The translations under genes and the position numbers were made by a program. DNA of 64,000 bases from Octopus sinensis. Taxonomy: Eukaryota. Of the stretch, positions 1 through 13,074 are shown in pieces (within the stretch, counting starts at the first letter, position 1; the number at the start of each line of letters is the position of its first letter). The notes under the pieces are model-generated. The model worked only from the letters and a program-made list of their open reading frames with translations, searched no databases and was not told the origin of the DNA. The stretch spans positions 107,632,001-107,696,000 of the forward strand of contig NC_043003.1 of the NCBI RefSeq assembly GCF_006345805.1, given 5' to 3'.

Positions 1-600
1 TGAGACTTCTCTCAGTTGCAACAGTGTAGGAGGTTGTTATAGTTTTTCTCAGGTGTAGTGCCGTTGCTTGCTGCTGACGTTGTTGAGTGGATCACTCCCG
101 CTGCTCCTTCAGTTGATGTTGTTTTAGATGTTGCTGCTCTTGGCACTGATGCTGTTGGTGTTGTTGTTGGTGCTGCGGCTGTTGCTAATGTTGTTGTGTT
201 AACGGTGTCGATTTCTGTGCCTAACTAACATTCCTTTCCATTTTGTGCACTTGGAGAATTGATTTATTCACTATGCCATATAATATGGCTGCCATCAGCA
301 AAGAGCTATCCATGTCTGGTGGTGCCTCTGCTACCTTTATTCAGTCCTTCTCCGACCGAGGTATGTCAAAATTGGCCCCTATTCCCCACTTTTGAAGGTT
401 GTTGCACCTTCTTTCGCTTTTTCTTCAGTTTGGAATCTCACCTCAACTGTGCCAAAGCATCTCGCACGGGAGAGATAAGTTTCTATTCACCAGATTGGTT
501 TTAGGCATTTTTCAATCTTGGCCTGCTTCGCTCTCTCCAGTCTCCTGGTTATTGATGTAGATAATAGTTTTTTTTGTAGTATATTTTTGTATTTCCTTTG
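1..600 (-). pseudogene. Degraded LINE ORF1-like fragment (possibly L1/Tx1 class)
   Basis: Minus strand gives stop-interrupted peptide ..CFGTVEVRFQTEEKAKEG..TYLGRRR..IKVAEAPPDMD.. followed by a Thr/Ala-rich tract; resembles RRM-type ORF1 by eye only. Confidence 0.3.
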
Positions 601-767
601 GCGTGTTTAAAAATATTGTTCTTCCATTCTTTGGTAAGTGCGATTTGGCATCACTTAACGTTTTTCCGACGCATTAACTTTCTCCTGTCGACGACTCACT
701 TATGCGAAACCGTTCCCATTTTGTTTAGAAATAAGAACGGACATTGTTTCCGTTGTATTCTTTTCTG

Positions 768-888
768 CTCTAGGCACAAGGCCCGAAATTTTGGGGGAGG
801 GAGCCAGTCGGTTAGATCGACCCTAGTACGCAAATGGCACTTAATTTATCGACCCCGAAAGGATGAAAGGTAAAGTCGACCTCGGCGG
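768..888 (-). mobile_element. tRNA-derived SINE family A (octopus OK-like), partial
   Basis: Shares ..ttaatttatcgaccccgaaaggatgaaagg(t/c)aaagtcgacctcggcgg with copies at 37838 and 39900. Confidence 0.8.
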
Positions 889-1044
889 GGTGTTTCTGTA
901 ATATATTGTGTTGGTGATGGTAGTGGTGGTGGTGGCGGTGTATTTGCTGTTGTTGCTTCCTTTTCACATTGCTCTCTTTTGTTGTTCACGTGATGGCGAT
1001 GTTGAAACTTACGATAAACGTCACCCTTTTCAAGCCTAGCCAGA

Positions 1045-1262
1045 CTCATGGGCCCGGTTTCCCGGTTTCTGTGGCGTATGTGTTCCCCCCAGCTGGACGG
1101 GACGCCAGTCTATCGCAGCGTTACTCAAGAAACAGGAAGAGAGCGTGAGAGAAAGTTGTGGCGAAAGAGTACAATAGGGGTCACCACTGTACCCGGCCAG
1201 AGACTCGTGGAGCTTTTAGGTGTTTTCGCTCAATAAACACACACAACGCCCGGTCTGGGAAC
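1045..1262 (-). mobile_element. SINE family C-related fragment
   Basis: Shares cgcagcgttactca and cgcccggtc..ggaa with the SINE at 55196-55353. Confidence 0.55.
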
Positions 1263-1419
1263 TACAGATGAAGAAAACTAACCAGTTCTCCAAGCTTATG
1301 GTTAGTTTATCTATAAAACGATAACAAATGTGCAATACATAACCTTGTGTAACAATAGAAATAATAACAAACTTACAGGAGTGATGTACAATATACGTTG
1401 ATAGACGAATAAAATAATA

Positions 1420-1621
1420 ATGGTTTCCAATTTTAGCACAAAACCAGTAAATTCAGGGGAGGGGGTAAATCGATTACATTGACCCCAATGTTTAACTAGT
1501 ACTTATTTTATCGACTCCGAATGGATGAAAAGCAAAGTCGACCTTGGCGAAATTTGAACTCAGGACGAAACGCTGCCAAGCATTTTACCTGGCGTTTTAA
1601 CTATTCTGCTAGCTCACCACC
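1420..1621 (-). mobile_element. SINE family A, diverged
   Basis: aaagtcgaccttggcgaaatttgaactcag (B-box GTTCAAATT on the minus strand), with head and tail similar to 10917-11147. Confidence 0.8.
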
Positions 1622-4600
1622 CTCACCATCTTCTTGATAATAATAGTAATAATAATAATAAGCGGATAAAACGATTTCATTTTGTACAAGAGAAAAAAAT
1701 GGGATGTAGTTGTTCAACAGGTAATGCAGTGTGTGTTGCTTCAAGCGATTTACTGGGCGTTTATCAATTACTGTGCAGAGTTGGTACCAGTCAGTGTTAC
1801 AGTTCGGTCTTGTATCTGGTTATAGTAAACCAGGGTAGTGATAAATGCTGTTACATAAGGCGCTAGTTCTGGGCAACTCGGGACCTCGAGGCAATTTCAT
1901 TTCGATGTTGAATTCACAATACTAATTATTTCTCGAACATTAAACTAAATTACATCATACTTTGATTGCCATTGAAGTTAACGTTCTACACTCCAATAAA
2001 TCCTGCTTGTCTAAGAGAAATAATTATAGGAGATTTGGGACCATCGTATATATTGTATGGACTATTAGGTTAGTTTCCTGATTCTAAGTTTTAAAATCAA
2101 ATCATAGATATTTTGTAGCAACCATATATATGTAATGTCTATAACCATTTTAAAGAAGCCCCATAGGATGACTTTAATTCAGCAGGTAAGCCAACAAAAT
2201 ATTAATTCATTTTACAATGCTCCTGCTGCTTAAAACTATAAGCCAAGCTTTTTGTGTAGTGAGTTATTTATAACGAAGAACAACAGGCCTACGTGAGTTA
2301 GGTGATTTGTCTATGTCAACTGCTTAATAATTGTGAGAATTTATGAATTTTCACCATTTTAACGAATCTTCTTCAAGACTATTCTTATAATACTAACTGC
2401 GGTAAAATTGCTGACTAAAAGGTAATACGAAAAAGTAAAAACTTTTCAATATATATCTTTGTCAAACGCAATAGTGGCAGAATTGGTAGCGTGTCGGACA
2501 AAAAAAAATCTTCCAGTGTTTAGTTACGTCCTTTTACTTTCTTACTACAAAAACAACTAATAAAAAAAAAAATTCTCTCTCATAATTCCAAGCGTCGATA
2601 AAGTGGGCATTAGACATGTACCGAAGTCAACTTAATCGATTCTGCTTTTATCCCAAATTCTGAACTTGCCTTAATGTGGCAAATGAAAATTTCGTTTTCA
2701 GTTTAAATACCTGCCAGCTTAATAAACTAACTACCACACTAACGTTTGCTACACTCATTCTAAAGAATTCTCCTTCGTGCTAAGTTTATCGAAGAAAACC
2801 AGCAAGTAATCAGACATTATTTTCCCATACAAAAGAATTAGTTCTGTTATACAATTTGGTCATAGTTCTGTAAGCCACAAATAGGAAGAGAATTTGGTAA
2901 TAGTTCTGTTATGTAATTTGATAATAGTTTTGTTAAAGAATTTGATCATAGTTCTTAGGCATTAATACTAAGAGACTTTGGCAGTAGTTCTGTGAAAGAA
3001 TTTAGTCATAGTTCTGTGCCACCAATTTTAAGAGGTTAATGTTGAATATGACAGGAAGCGAGAAGAAACCTTCTGGAAGAGACTCGGAGAAAATAATGAA
3101 AGGCGCAAAAGAAAAAAAATGGAGTTCTGTGTGTCACCAATACTTACTATTACTTCGTGCATCGCTACACAATCGAGTGATTTACTCTTTACCATTCTCT
3201 TATTTACTTAACAGACACCTAAGTGAGATTCATAAAATAATTTAATGTTTTAGTGCCTTGCTCAGAGCACAACAATCGATGGTATACTGCTTTATCCACT
3301 TAAGGATTGAACTTTACATATTCTAAGAAATAAAAGAGATGTTGTGGCTGAAGGATTCAGGTACCAAAATGGCCGTTAAATTTTAGCTTTATAAAAAATG
3401 TCTGATTGCTATGTTACATCAGGTCAAGCAGTACTACTCGAAGACATTGTTTTTTTTGTAGAGTATCGATGAGAAATACATACACATATCACATGGGACA
3501 CACTCACACTACATACATACATACATATATACATACATACATACATACATACATACACATAATTATACATATACATACATATGCATATATATTTACAAAT
3601 ATATATATGTGTGAGTATAAACACATACACATATATGTGTTATATAATTGTTAGTTTATACACTTTTCGAATCAACCATTCTTAACTGACTTAGTAGCAA
3701 ATGATCGAGAAAAAAATTGAGAAAATTAAAGAGACACAAACACCGTTAAATATGAATAAAACAGAGTTGAGAATATTTTATAGACTTAATATCAATACAG
3801 AATAAAGACAAGTTTAATCTTATGTAAAGAAAGATTCAATCAGAAAGAAAGTTCTGTGAAATAAAATGGCCGGTGTGACATTAAAATATACGTGCCATTC
3901 AAGGTTAGTTTTTAGCAGTGATGGATATGAGGTTTAACCGGGTGAACAACGTTTATCTACTTCTCATTTTCTAGATTTTTGTTTTCTTGTTTATCGTCTG
4001 TATCAGTAAAAATGTTTATTAAGCATCTTTTGTGAGAAATTTAAACCAATTACATGCATTGGGGCTCTTCTGCGATCACTGATGAATCTCCTTGTGATCG
4101 TCTACGAGAACATATATTTTGGATACAGATTTTGTGTATATTTTGCCAAATTTTTGTTGGTTCAAAGGAGCGGTTGTTCGAGGGTTCAGTAGCGTTCAGC
4201 AGAGGAGATATGTCTGCCTTTTAGTTTGGACTCACTCTAGTCTATTGCAATTTTCTGCAGAAGACTCGACAGGTGTTCTACAGCTAGGTAAACTGAGGAA
4301 AGTAGAATTTAGTGTCTTGGCCATGGACACAACAAAACGCATCAAATGGGAGTTGATCTCACAACCCATGAGTCAGTAGTCCGAAGGTATATGTATAAAT
4401 CTTTAAATCCATTCCTATCACTGGGATAAGAGGGAACAAAAAAAGAGAGGAGAGAGAGAGAGAGAGAGGAGGAGAAATAGATAGACAGATATTTATAGAG
4501 AGAAAGAGGGAAATCCGCGGTAGATGTGAGACATAGTAAAGTGAAATAAAATTAGACGTGGTTTGATACAAGCCGTAACAACTCAGTATAGGTTTACTGT

Positions 4601-4789
4601 GGTAAAACATTTCTGCTTTGGCAGATAATTTACTCCAAGAGCAAATTATATAAAAAATTAAAAAAAATTAAAAAGGGAGTTTCATTCCCTGCTGCAGAAG
4701 ATTTGAGTTAAAAAAAAGCAACAGATGAACTATTACAAACACTACTATTACTGTTACTACTATTGATACTACCACAATGAGGATTATCA

Positions 4790-4908
4790 CTAGAGTGGAT
4801 AGAGATATTCTGCAATGCCGGGACTTTCAATCCAGTCACAGTGTATATGAAGCTGCAGCGGTTCATTTACGTTTATCAATCTGAGCTGGTTGTGGAGAAC
4901 GTTACCAC
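4790..4908 (-). CDS. Host gene exon E (probably last coding exon): (G)GNVLHNQLRLINVNEPLQLHIHCDWIESPGIAEYLYPL*
   Basis: Very strong acceptor ttctctattttctttttccattttcccag|GT. Phase-1 frame is open for 38 codons to TAG. The peptide aligns with exon B (H..L.LI..[DN][QE]P.....CD). Confidence 0.7.
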
Positions 4909-7077
4909 CTGGGAAAATGGAAAAAGAAAATAGAGAAATCACTGAAGTGAATGCATAAACAATATCTATTGATATCGAAATATTAACTTTTCGATAAAAA
5001 GGAAAAAATGTCGGGAAGCAGGTACTATTATGTTCGAGCCTTTCTCAAAAGTATCAACTACTTAAATAAAGAGGAATAATTATACCCAGGAATCGAAACG
5101 AAGCTGAAGGATCAGCTTGCCGAAAAGGAGCTTACCGCCTAAGTCTTTCGTGTTAGCTATAATGGTGCAAATTGTGATTGAAATATAGACAATTTCCAGT
5201 TTTCTATAAAACGTCTTTACTTTCGAATCACACTAAGCAGCTGACATCTTTCCATCGATAAAGGAGTATAAATAAAAAAATAAGTTAAATTATTGGTCTC
5301 CTTTACAATTCGCCAAAGGCTTTGGAATTGCCGATTCACTACTGGGTAACCACTGAGGGGGGCGAGTCGAATTTACCTTTTGCCCTTCAGAGGTCGATAA
5401 TTAAGTACCTGTAGAAATTTGTGTTTGTGGGCGTCAGTTCAAGTTAGAAATCACTATCTGTAAGTGTTACAATCGATAGACCAAACTGCGTGATCAAAGA
5501 GGATTATAATTTCAAAGTGATGAATATTTCCTATTTGACCTTAGTTGATATTGATCTTCCAACTTCATTCAACATTCTGCTATATCCCCTCTATATGACA
5601 AAAGTATAGTTTATCTCATACAAATGTATATTAAAGATGGCCTGTAAGCTGAATATGAACGATTGTTAGTATACTAAAGATGGTCAGTGTATTAAATATA
5701 TTAAAGATCGTCAGTAAATTTGCTGGTAATTTTTTATCAGTTAATATTTGTAATAGAAAGTATCAAGCGCTGTAGGAAATGGTAAGCTGTCATCAAAGAG
5801 AATTTCCTCATACAGAATTAATTCAGTACGAATGGTTTAAACGTTAAATTTCCTATTTCCCTTCTATAATATGTTAGATTGCTGAGTCAAAAAAGAAACC
5901 AGTCTTTATAAATGGTGAATCCCGTAGCTCAAGAGACTTGAGCCGACGACTAATTTTGAATTCACCGTCAATTTCAGGTACTTATCTATATCACTATTGT
6001 CGTTAGCATAGAATAATGAAGTAAAGGGTAAAGTACCCATTGAGGTTGTTCAAAATTCTGGAGCTTTTGAGCTTTCTCAAACGATTCAGTATTTGCCAGT
6101 GGAGGATGAAATTGTTTACATTTACTGACGTCGAAAGCTGTACAACATTCCAGGATTTAGCTCTAATTTTAATCATTTTGAAGCAACTTATAAATTTAAT
6201 AATTTCCTCGTACGTTCTTCTCTTAAATAACGAAACGTGTATTTTGACGAAGATTTTGTGTCAACGTTCTCTCAAAATCTCATCTGATTTCCAAAGTAAA
6301 AAATTTAAAAATAAGTTTCTAGTGAATCGAATAAGCCACTGGGTTTCTATTTACACCTGGAGTCATTTCATTTTACTTATGTACTTAAGGTCCATTCGGG
6401 ACACTATGAATACCACAATTCCAGTTGTTTCTTTAAAATTTAGTCTTATCTTATGTAAGAATATTGCATTGTGTGAATAAAAATGTCTTCCTAGATAACA
6501 TCACTAGGTTGCATTCCTAGTTCATTTCTGTGATTCTCCTTTCGCGTAGGTGTTGGTTGCTATTAACAACAAGCAATGTTTCTTTTCGACGGTCAAAATA
6601 CTTACAAAGAAGCTGTGTAGTTCATTGGTTTAGACGATGGTGAATGCAATGTATAACTAAGTCGTTTGCTTACAAACTCTTCGCTTAAATATTTCCGCGA
6701 GCAAAACCTATTCACCGAGGAATAAAGATTACGAAAGGAACAACAACAATAACACCAAAAGCATAAAGTAAATAAACTCTCTTACTGTTGAGACGTGACA
6801 ATTTATATGCGTAGTGCGGATCGTATTCCAACCGTTCCACTTTCAAACAGATTAACGCATCGTGTCTTCCAGGATCGAAATTCTTCGCTCTGAAAGATGA
6901 AAAATAATAAAAGGAAAAGTTGCATGAAATAAAATGACTGAAATAAAATAATCAAATATTGTAAATCTTAATTAAAAGTAGATATATTCCTGAAAAGAGA
7001 AATGTTCGAGTGGAATGGTATATTGGGCAAGTAACAGAAAGGACGGCAGTTCGTAATCTAAAATCGGTAGAGTAATC

Positions 7078-7123
7078 CTCCTCCTCCTCCTCCTCCTCCT
7101 CCTCCTCCTCCTCCTCCTCCTCC

Positions 7124-7158
<35 letters not shown>

Positions 7159-7217
7159 TCATCATCATCATCATCATCATCATTATAATAATTATTATTA
7201 TTATTATTATTATTATT
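7078..7217. repeat. Compound microsatellite (CCT)n-(CAT)n-(TTA)n
   Basis: Direct reading; the TTA part abuts the 3' end of the R4/Dong LINE. Confidence 0.97.
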
Positions 7218-7315
7218 CAGTAGTTTTATTTTTATAGCGTGCTTTCACTTCACTACCGAGCGCAGCTCTGTGTGCCTTGGGTATGTGCTGTGATTTGTTG
7301 TGATGCTCTGATGGT

Positions 7316-8429
7316 TATTGTATGGAAAGTGTTCTGCGTAGGATGTGTGCAGTGCCTAGTAGTGCAATTTTCTGTATGTTATATGTGTTTGTAAGTCCTG
7401 GTGTTTTTGTTATGTATTTGTCTGAATATTTTTTTATCATGCCTAATGCACCTACTATGATAGGAATTGTTTCTGTTTTCAGATTCCACATTCTAGTTAC
7501 CTCTATTTCCAGGTCTTTGTATTTTGAGAGTTCTCTATTTCTTTTAGAGACACGTTGTCATCAGCCGGTATTGATACATCAATTAGAAAGCATTTTTTTT
7601 CTTCATGGTCTCTGACAACTATATCTGGTCTGTTGGCCTTAATTTCTCTATCTGTGTGTATCGGCATATCCCAGAGTATGGTTGCTTTCTCGTTTTCTGT
7701 GACCTTTTCTGGTGTGTGCCTATACCATCTTTTTTCTGTTGTTATTCCATAATGTTGGCATAGCTTCCAATGTATGTAGGTTCCAACTCTGTCATGTCTG
7801 TGAATGTATTCCTTCTTAGCCAGGACTGGGCAGCTAGAGATAATATGATTTATCGTTTCTTGTCCATTTCCACATATTCTGCAGTTACTTGTAATATTTC
7901 TTTTCATTACATGTTTTTGGTAATTTCTGGTGGGGAGGCTTTGGTCTTGTGCTGCAATTAAAAATCCCTCTGTTTCTGCTTTGAGTCCTGAGCTTCCCAA
8001 CCATTGCTGGGATTTTTCTTTGTCTATTTCTTTTGCGTTTAGTTTAGTCCAGTATTTACCATGAAGGGGCTTTTCTTGCCATCGTTTTATCATGGTTCGT
8101 TGCTGTTCTATTTTTAGTTTGGATTTCATTTGTTTTATAGCTTTTGTTGTTTCTTCATCTTCTTCTTCTTCTTCATGATTATTAGGTGGTATGATTTCTT
8201 GTTTGTATTTGTCAGCTTCCTTAAATACTGAGAACAGTTTTTTGTTTTGCTCGTGTTTTGCTGCTATCTGGATCAGTTTTCCTTCCTTCTGAAGTAGATA
8301 TTTTTGCAGTCCTATGGTGGTTATTTTATAGTAGTTTTCCAGCTGTATAAGGCCTCTACCACCTTCTATACGTTGTATATATAGTCTTTCTATGTCAGAT
8401 TTTGGGTGATGCATCCTAGATCCTGTCAT
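7316..8429 (-). pseudogene. Zinc knuckle + RLE endonuclease region of R4/Dong LINE
   Basis: CRICGNGQETINHIISSC (CCHC), RHD, RPDIVV..FLIDVSIP; frameshift near 7520. Confidence 0.92.
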
Positions 8430-8582
8430 TATTTTTCTTGTTTTCCTATCTATTTTGGTCAGTTCATTTCGTGTCCAGTTAAGGATATTGTAGCTGTAAC
8501 TTATAACTGGGACAGCTAAAGTGTTGATACCTATTATCTTGTTTTTAGCATTGAGCTCTGTGTTTAGTATTGATCTAACTCG

Positions 8583-9467
8583 TCAATAATATTCTTTTTT
8601 TATTTTCTCTTTCATTTGTGTGTGTTGTGTCTTATCTAGTTCATGGATTCCTAAGTATTTGTAAGTTTGGCTTTGGTCTAATTCTTTTATTTCATTGGTT
8701 TTATCTAGTGTGATGTTGTTACTCTTAACTAGTTTTCCTCTTTTCATGGTTACTTTGGCGCATTTTTCTAATCCAAATTTCATATCTATTTCTTTGGTAA
8801 ATCCATGAACTGTCTTTAATAGTGTTTCCAGCTGTTTGTCATTTGCAGCGTATAGTTTTAGGTCATCCATATATAAAAGGTGGCTGCTCGTTTTGCCGTA
8901 ACATTTATATCCGCATCCAGTTCTATTTAGCATATCAGATAGAGGTGACAGTGCCAAGCAGAAAAGGAGTGGAGAGAGCGTGTCTCCCTGGAATATTCCT
9001 CTTCTAATGGGGATGTCTTTGGTTTTCATGAGTCCCTCTTTTGTTTGGAGGTGTAGGACTGTTTGCCATTTATTCATAGAGTGCTCTATGAATTTTATGA
9101 TTGTTGGTGCTACTTTGTTAATGGCTAGTGTTTCGAGGATCCATGTGTGGGGGATGCTATCAAACGCCTTTTTGTAGTCAATCCAGGCCATACTGAGGCC
9201 TTTCTTCTTTCTGTGGCTGTCTTCAGTTACGGCTTTATTAATCATTAGTTGATCTTTACAGCCATATGAGCCTTTGCGGCATCCTTTCTGCTCTTCTGGG
9301 AACAGTTTGTTTTCGTCCAGGTGCTTGTTCAGCCTTTGTGATATCACTGCAGTAAATGCCTTGAACATAGTAGGGAGGCAGGTTATTGGTCTGTAGTTTT
9401 CTGGTTTTTCTGTTTCATTTGATTTGGGAATTAAGATGGTTTTCCCCTTCGTGAGCCATTCAGGCAT
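8583..9467 (-). pseudogene. Reverse transcriptase domain of R4/Dong LINE
   Basis: YRPITCLPT, EEQKG, WIDYKKAFDSIPH, GIFQGDTLSP, LLYMDDLKL, YKYLG motifs. Confidence 0.95.
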
Positions 9468-10843
9468 TGTCTCTGGCTCTGCTAGTACGTTGTTAAAGTT
9501 TTGTGCATTCCTGTTAGATACTTCAACCAGAAGTTGGGGATCTTGTCATGCCCAGGTGCCTTCCAGTTGCTTAGTCTTTGCAGTGCCTGGGTGACCTCTT
9601 CAGTTGTTATGGGGGTCCAAAGTTGTTCAGATGCCGAGTTTGTTATTTTGATACTCCTTTTTTTTGGTGGTTCGTTCGCCGACCATATTTCTCTCCAGAA
9701 TTCTTCCAATTCTTCTGCCGTTGGTGCTGCAGTGACTTCTATTTTATTTTTGCCCAGTTCTTGGTAGAACTTTTTGGGGTTGGAGTTGAACTTTTTGTTT
9801 TCTTCAAAGAAGCGTTGGCGTTTCTCGTACCGGCGGATCCTTTGTGCTTTGGCAAGGATATCTTGCTTCAGCTTTTCTTTTATTTCAGGCAAATCTTTTT
9901 CTGTGATGTTATATTTGCGGAGTATTTTTGTTCTCTTTTTGTTGCTCAGTAGCGTTGATTGTTTGCTGATTTCATTAAGAATCGACAGGTCTTTTCTAAT
10001 TTTTTAAATTTTGCTTTGGATGTTATTTATCCACAGGGTTTGTTTGGGTGGTGGTACTCCTGTTTGGGCGGGTTTGGGTGAGTATCCAGCTTCTTTTGTG
10101 GCTGCAGTGGCTGCTGCGTATATTAGGTTATTTAGCTCAGTGATATCACTTTTTTTTTTATTCAGTGGCTATCAGTTCAGTGACGGCTAGGTTTATGTTC
10201 TTTATAATAGGTGTTGTTATTTCGTTTATTTTGATTCTTGGGAGGTATGGTCGGTGGTCCATTTTGAGCTCTGTGGTTTTCAGTTCTTTGATTATTTTAT
10301 TTTTTATATTATCATAATCATTAGGCTCCCCTTCGTTGTTTACATCGTGTTTGTTGGGAATGTTGCGTTTGTCTTCGTGTTTTACAGTTTCAGTGTTTAT
10401 ATTATTGGGCATTGTTGTGTGGTTTCTATCTACATTTTCCTGGTGTATGTTTTCTTTTAGGTGTTCTATTTCTATTTCTGATATTTTTTGTGTTGAGAAT
10501 GTATCTTCGTACGTTAGCTAATTTATTAGGGTTCATTGCTGTATCCAAGTCTAAATCTCTATTATTTTCCTTCCATATTTTATATGTATGTGTTGTTGTA
10601 TTTTCATTTTTTGGGTAGAGTACTGCTGTGAAGTATGCGTGTAAGATAGAAATGTATTCCTCACGTGTCCATTTACGTCTTTTGGGTTTTATTTGCGGGA
10701 CATGAGGTTCAACGTCCGGCCCATTATTTTGACGGTCGTCATTTTCGTAGGGTACCTGTCCGTTTATTTCTGTTGTCACATTATTTCGCACGTGTAGTTT
10801 TTCGTACATTTTTTGTTGTAAGTTTAATGTACGTACCGCTCGA

Positions 10844-10846
<3 letters not shown>

Positions 10847-10915
<69 letters not shown>
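10847..10915. repeat. (TTA)n microsatellite at 5' flank of the Dong element
   Basis: Direct reading, ~23 units. Confidence 0.97.
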
Positions 10916-10916
10916 G

Positions 10917-11147
10917 GGCGGCGAGCTGGCAGAAACGTTAGCACGCCGGGCGAAATGCATAGCCGTATTTCGTCTGCCGTTACGTTCTGAGTTCAAATTC
11001 CGCCGAGGTCGACTTTGCCTTTCATCCTTTCGGGGTCGATAAATTAAGTACCAGTTACGCACTGGGGACGATATAATCGACTTAATCCGTTTGTCTGTCC
11101 TTGTTTGCCCTCTCTGTGTTTAGCCCCTTGTGGGTAGTAAAGAAATA
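10917..11147 (+). mobile_element. SINE family A, full length, young
   Basis: tRNA-like head ggcggcgagctggcagaa (A box) and gagttcaaattcc (B box); near-identical to the reverse complement of 37838-38066 and 39900-40130. Confidence 0.92.
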
Positions 11148-11770
11148 AGATGAGCATAGTGGCCAGCAAAAACTATATGGTCTATATGCAATAACATTTT
11201 TTCAGAAATAAAAACATACAATCTCAACTGCCATGTTCAGAGTTCAAGCTCCACCTAAGCATTGTTGTAGGGAGGTGAAATTCATGCTTTGAGAAACAAC
11301 TACAGTATATTTACAATATACTACTTTAGGGCCTCGCTTTTCTTTCTTGCAGTTTTGTTAGAAAGGGAAGAGCAGTGTAAATGACCTATTTTTGCTGTGC
11401 CTCAGTGATTGCTGAGAAGGAGAGAGCGAGAAGGAGGACGTTTTCTAGAAACTGAGGTGGAACCTGTCTTAAATGCTTGCAACAGAGTAAACTCTGCTAA
11501 AAGCACGCAAGAGTCACAGGTATAACGTGACTGGAAATGGAACTTATACCATTGTTTTTCTTCGTCAATTACTAACGCCAGTGCCTCTCTTTTCTCTACA
11601 GCAGCTAATCTCTATTTAAATTCCGTGACTTTCTGTACACTGATCCTGCATAAATCTTGATAAATATGTCTTGGCTCTGATGCAACACAAACTCTGTTTA
11701 CATACAGTGACTCGCGATATTCCAGAAATATATTTTCATTCCAGTATATCATATTTCCTTTTGACAATTA

Positions 11771-12850
11771 TACACTGCGTTTCAAATTATTAACGACGTA
11801 ACAATTTATATTTTACTTAGAAACTACTCGTTGGAATTCAACGAAATGTTCACAGAGTGATGGCAACAGTTATGTGCGCGTGGTGTGTAAAAACGTGAGC
11901 TTTTGCATAAGTGTAAACAAACCGCAGTCATTTGCATGATTTCCACGAACTTTCACTGTTCCAAATCATTAACGAGTGGTCTGATAATTGTGTAATTATG
12001 GGTCGTAAATGTGACTTAACAGTTTCAGAGAAATCTGTTATTACTTCTGAACTTGCAAAAGGTAAATCAACATAAGAAATATGTAAAATAACTGAAAGAT
12101 ATCACCAAACTGTGAAGAAAATTGTTACAGCTCCTACGAAGATACTTAAGAGAACCGAAAGGGGTCAATCGAGGGCTGTTTCTCAACGTTCTCTGTCAAG
12201 AACTAAGCGTGAAGCTGTAAAGAACCCAAGTCTTACAAGCGGAGAACTTTTTAAGCGCATTGGCGTAACAACTGCGTCCAAAACTATCCGATGTGGTCGC
12301 CTGAAAAAGGCCTGTTATTCAGTAGCATCAGTTAAAAGGCCTCCTTTAAATAAAATACACATACAAAATCGTCTGACATTGGCAGAAAATAACATGAAGG
12401 TCGACTTTTCAAAAGTTTTGTTTGCACACGAAACTCGTGCTACCTTTGATGGACCTGATGGTCGGAGCAAGGGACGAGTTGTAAATAGACGCCAACAAAG
12501 GGGTAGAGGCGTCATGATCTGGGCAGGTATTATTGGTCCTTGGAAAGTACCTGGCGGTGTTAAAGTGACTGCGGATGCTTACATAGCCTTTCTGAGGGAG
12601 CAGCTTGAACATTGGTTAAAAAAGCAAAGGCTCACCTTCAAGACAACCATAATACGTATTTATGCAAGATAATGCGTCCTCGCATTCAGCGAAGAAAACT
12701 ACAGAATATTTGCAACAATTAGGCTTCTGTGGACCTTCGAAGATGAAGCGACCTGCCTGTTCCCCTTAAAACTAATAGAAACTTGTGAAGTATTCTAAAG
12801 CGACGAGTTTACGAAAATGGACGCCAGTTTAGGAGCAAGGATGAACTGTA
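11771..12850 (+). mobile_element. Tc1-family DNA transposon relic, DD37E (TRT-like) transposase pseudogene
   Basis: ATG at 11998 (MGRKCDLTVSEK..), KRPPLNKIH, VLFAHETRATFDGPDG, RRQQRGRGVMIWAGI, QDNASSH..PACSP..IE. Restoring a small deletion gives D-37-E. Left end TA+CACTGCGTTTCAAATTATT is TIR-like; no right TIR found. Confidence 0.8.
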
Positions 12851-13074
12851 TCTAAAAAATCAGCATGTTTCATGGACCAGCACCTTTTCCAACTTATTTC
12901 AATGGTAACGATCTGATTGATATAACAAAATTGGTCAAGAATATTAGAGCCCTGTGTAGAAAACTCGGCTTGAGAAAATTTCTACACAATTAGAAATTGT
13001 ACACTTAAAAAACTGTACACTTAGAAATTAAACCCCATTTCCTCCGAAGGGTCTCTTGAGTTAGGTTATTCCAC

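Larger units (their letters stand above)
7218..10845 (-). mobile_element. R4/Dong-clade non-LTR retrotransposon (RT + restriction-like endonuclease), near full length, inactivated by frameshifts
   Basis: ORF pieces in order: N-term RRKWTREE (10426-10845), 10158-10412, 9482-9892, RT 8583-9467, and C-terminal CCHC + RHD + PD..D (7503-8429), ending QKIALLGTAHILRRTLSIQ* at ~7316. Short 3' UTR with AATAAA; (TTA)n on both sides. Confidence 0.93.

Noticed and set aside
5136-6137. Alternative minus-strand exon candidates 6137-6037 (AFDVSKCKQF..) and 5203-5136 (KLEIVYISITIC..)
   Set aside because: Weak splice sites and only loose similarity to the repeat; cannot be distinguished from chance without RNA data.
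6040-6480. 146-aa plus-strand ORF
   Set aside because: Non-ATG start, AT-driven hydrophobic composition, no motifs.
10917-10990. tRNA-like A/B boxes here and in other SINE heads
   Set aside because: They continue into SINE bodies and do not form complete cloverleaves; not tRNA genes.
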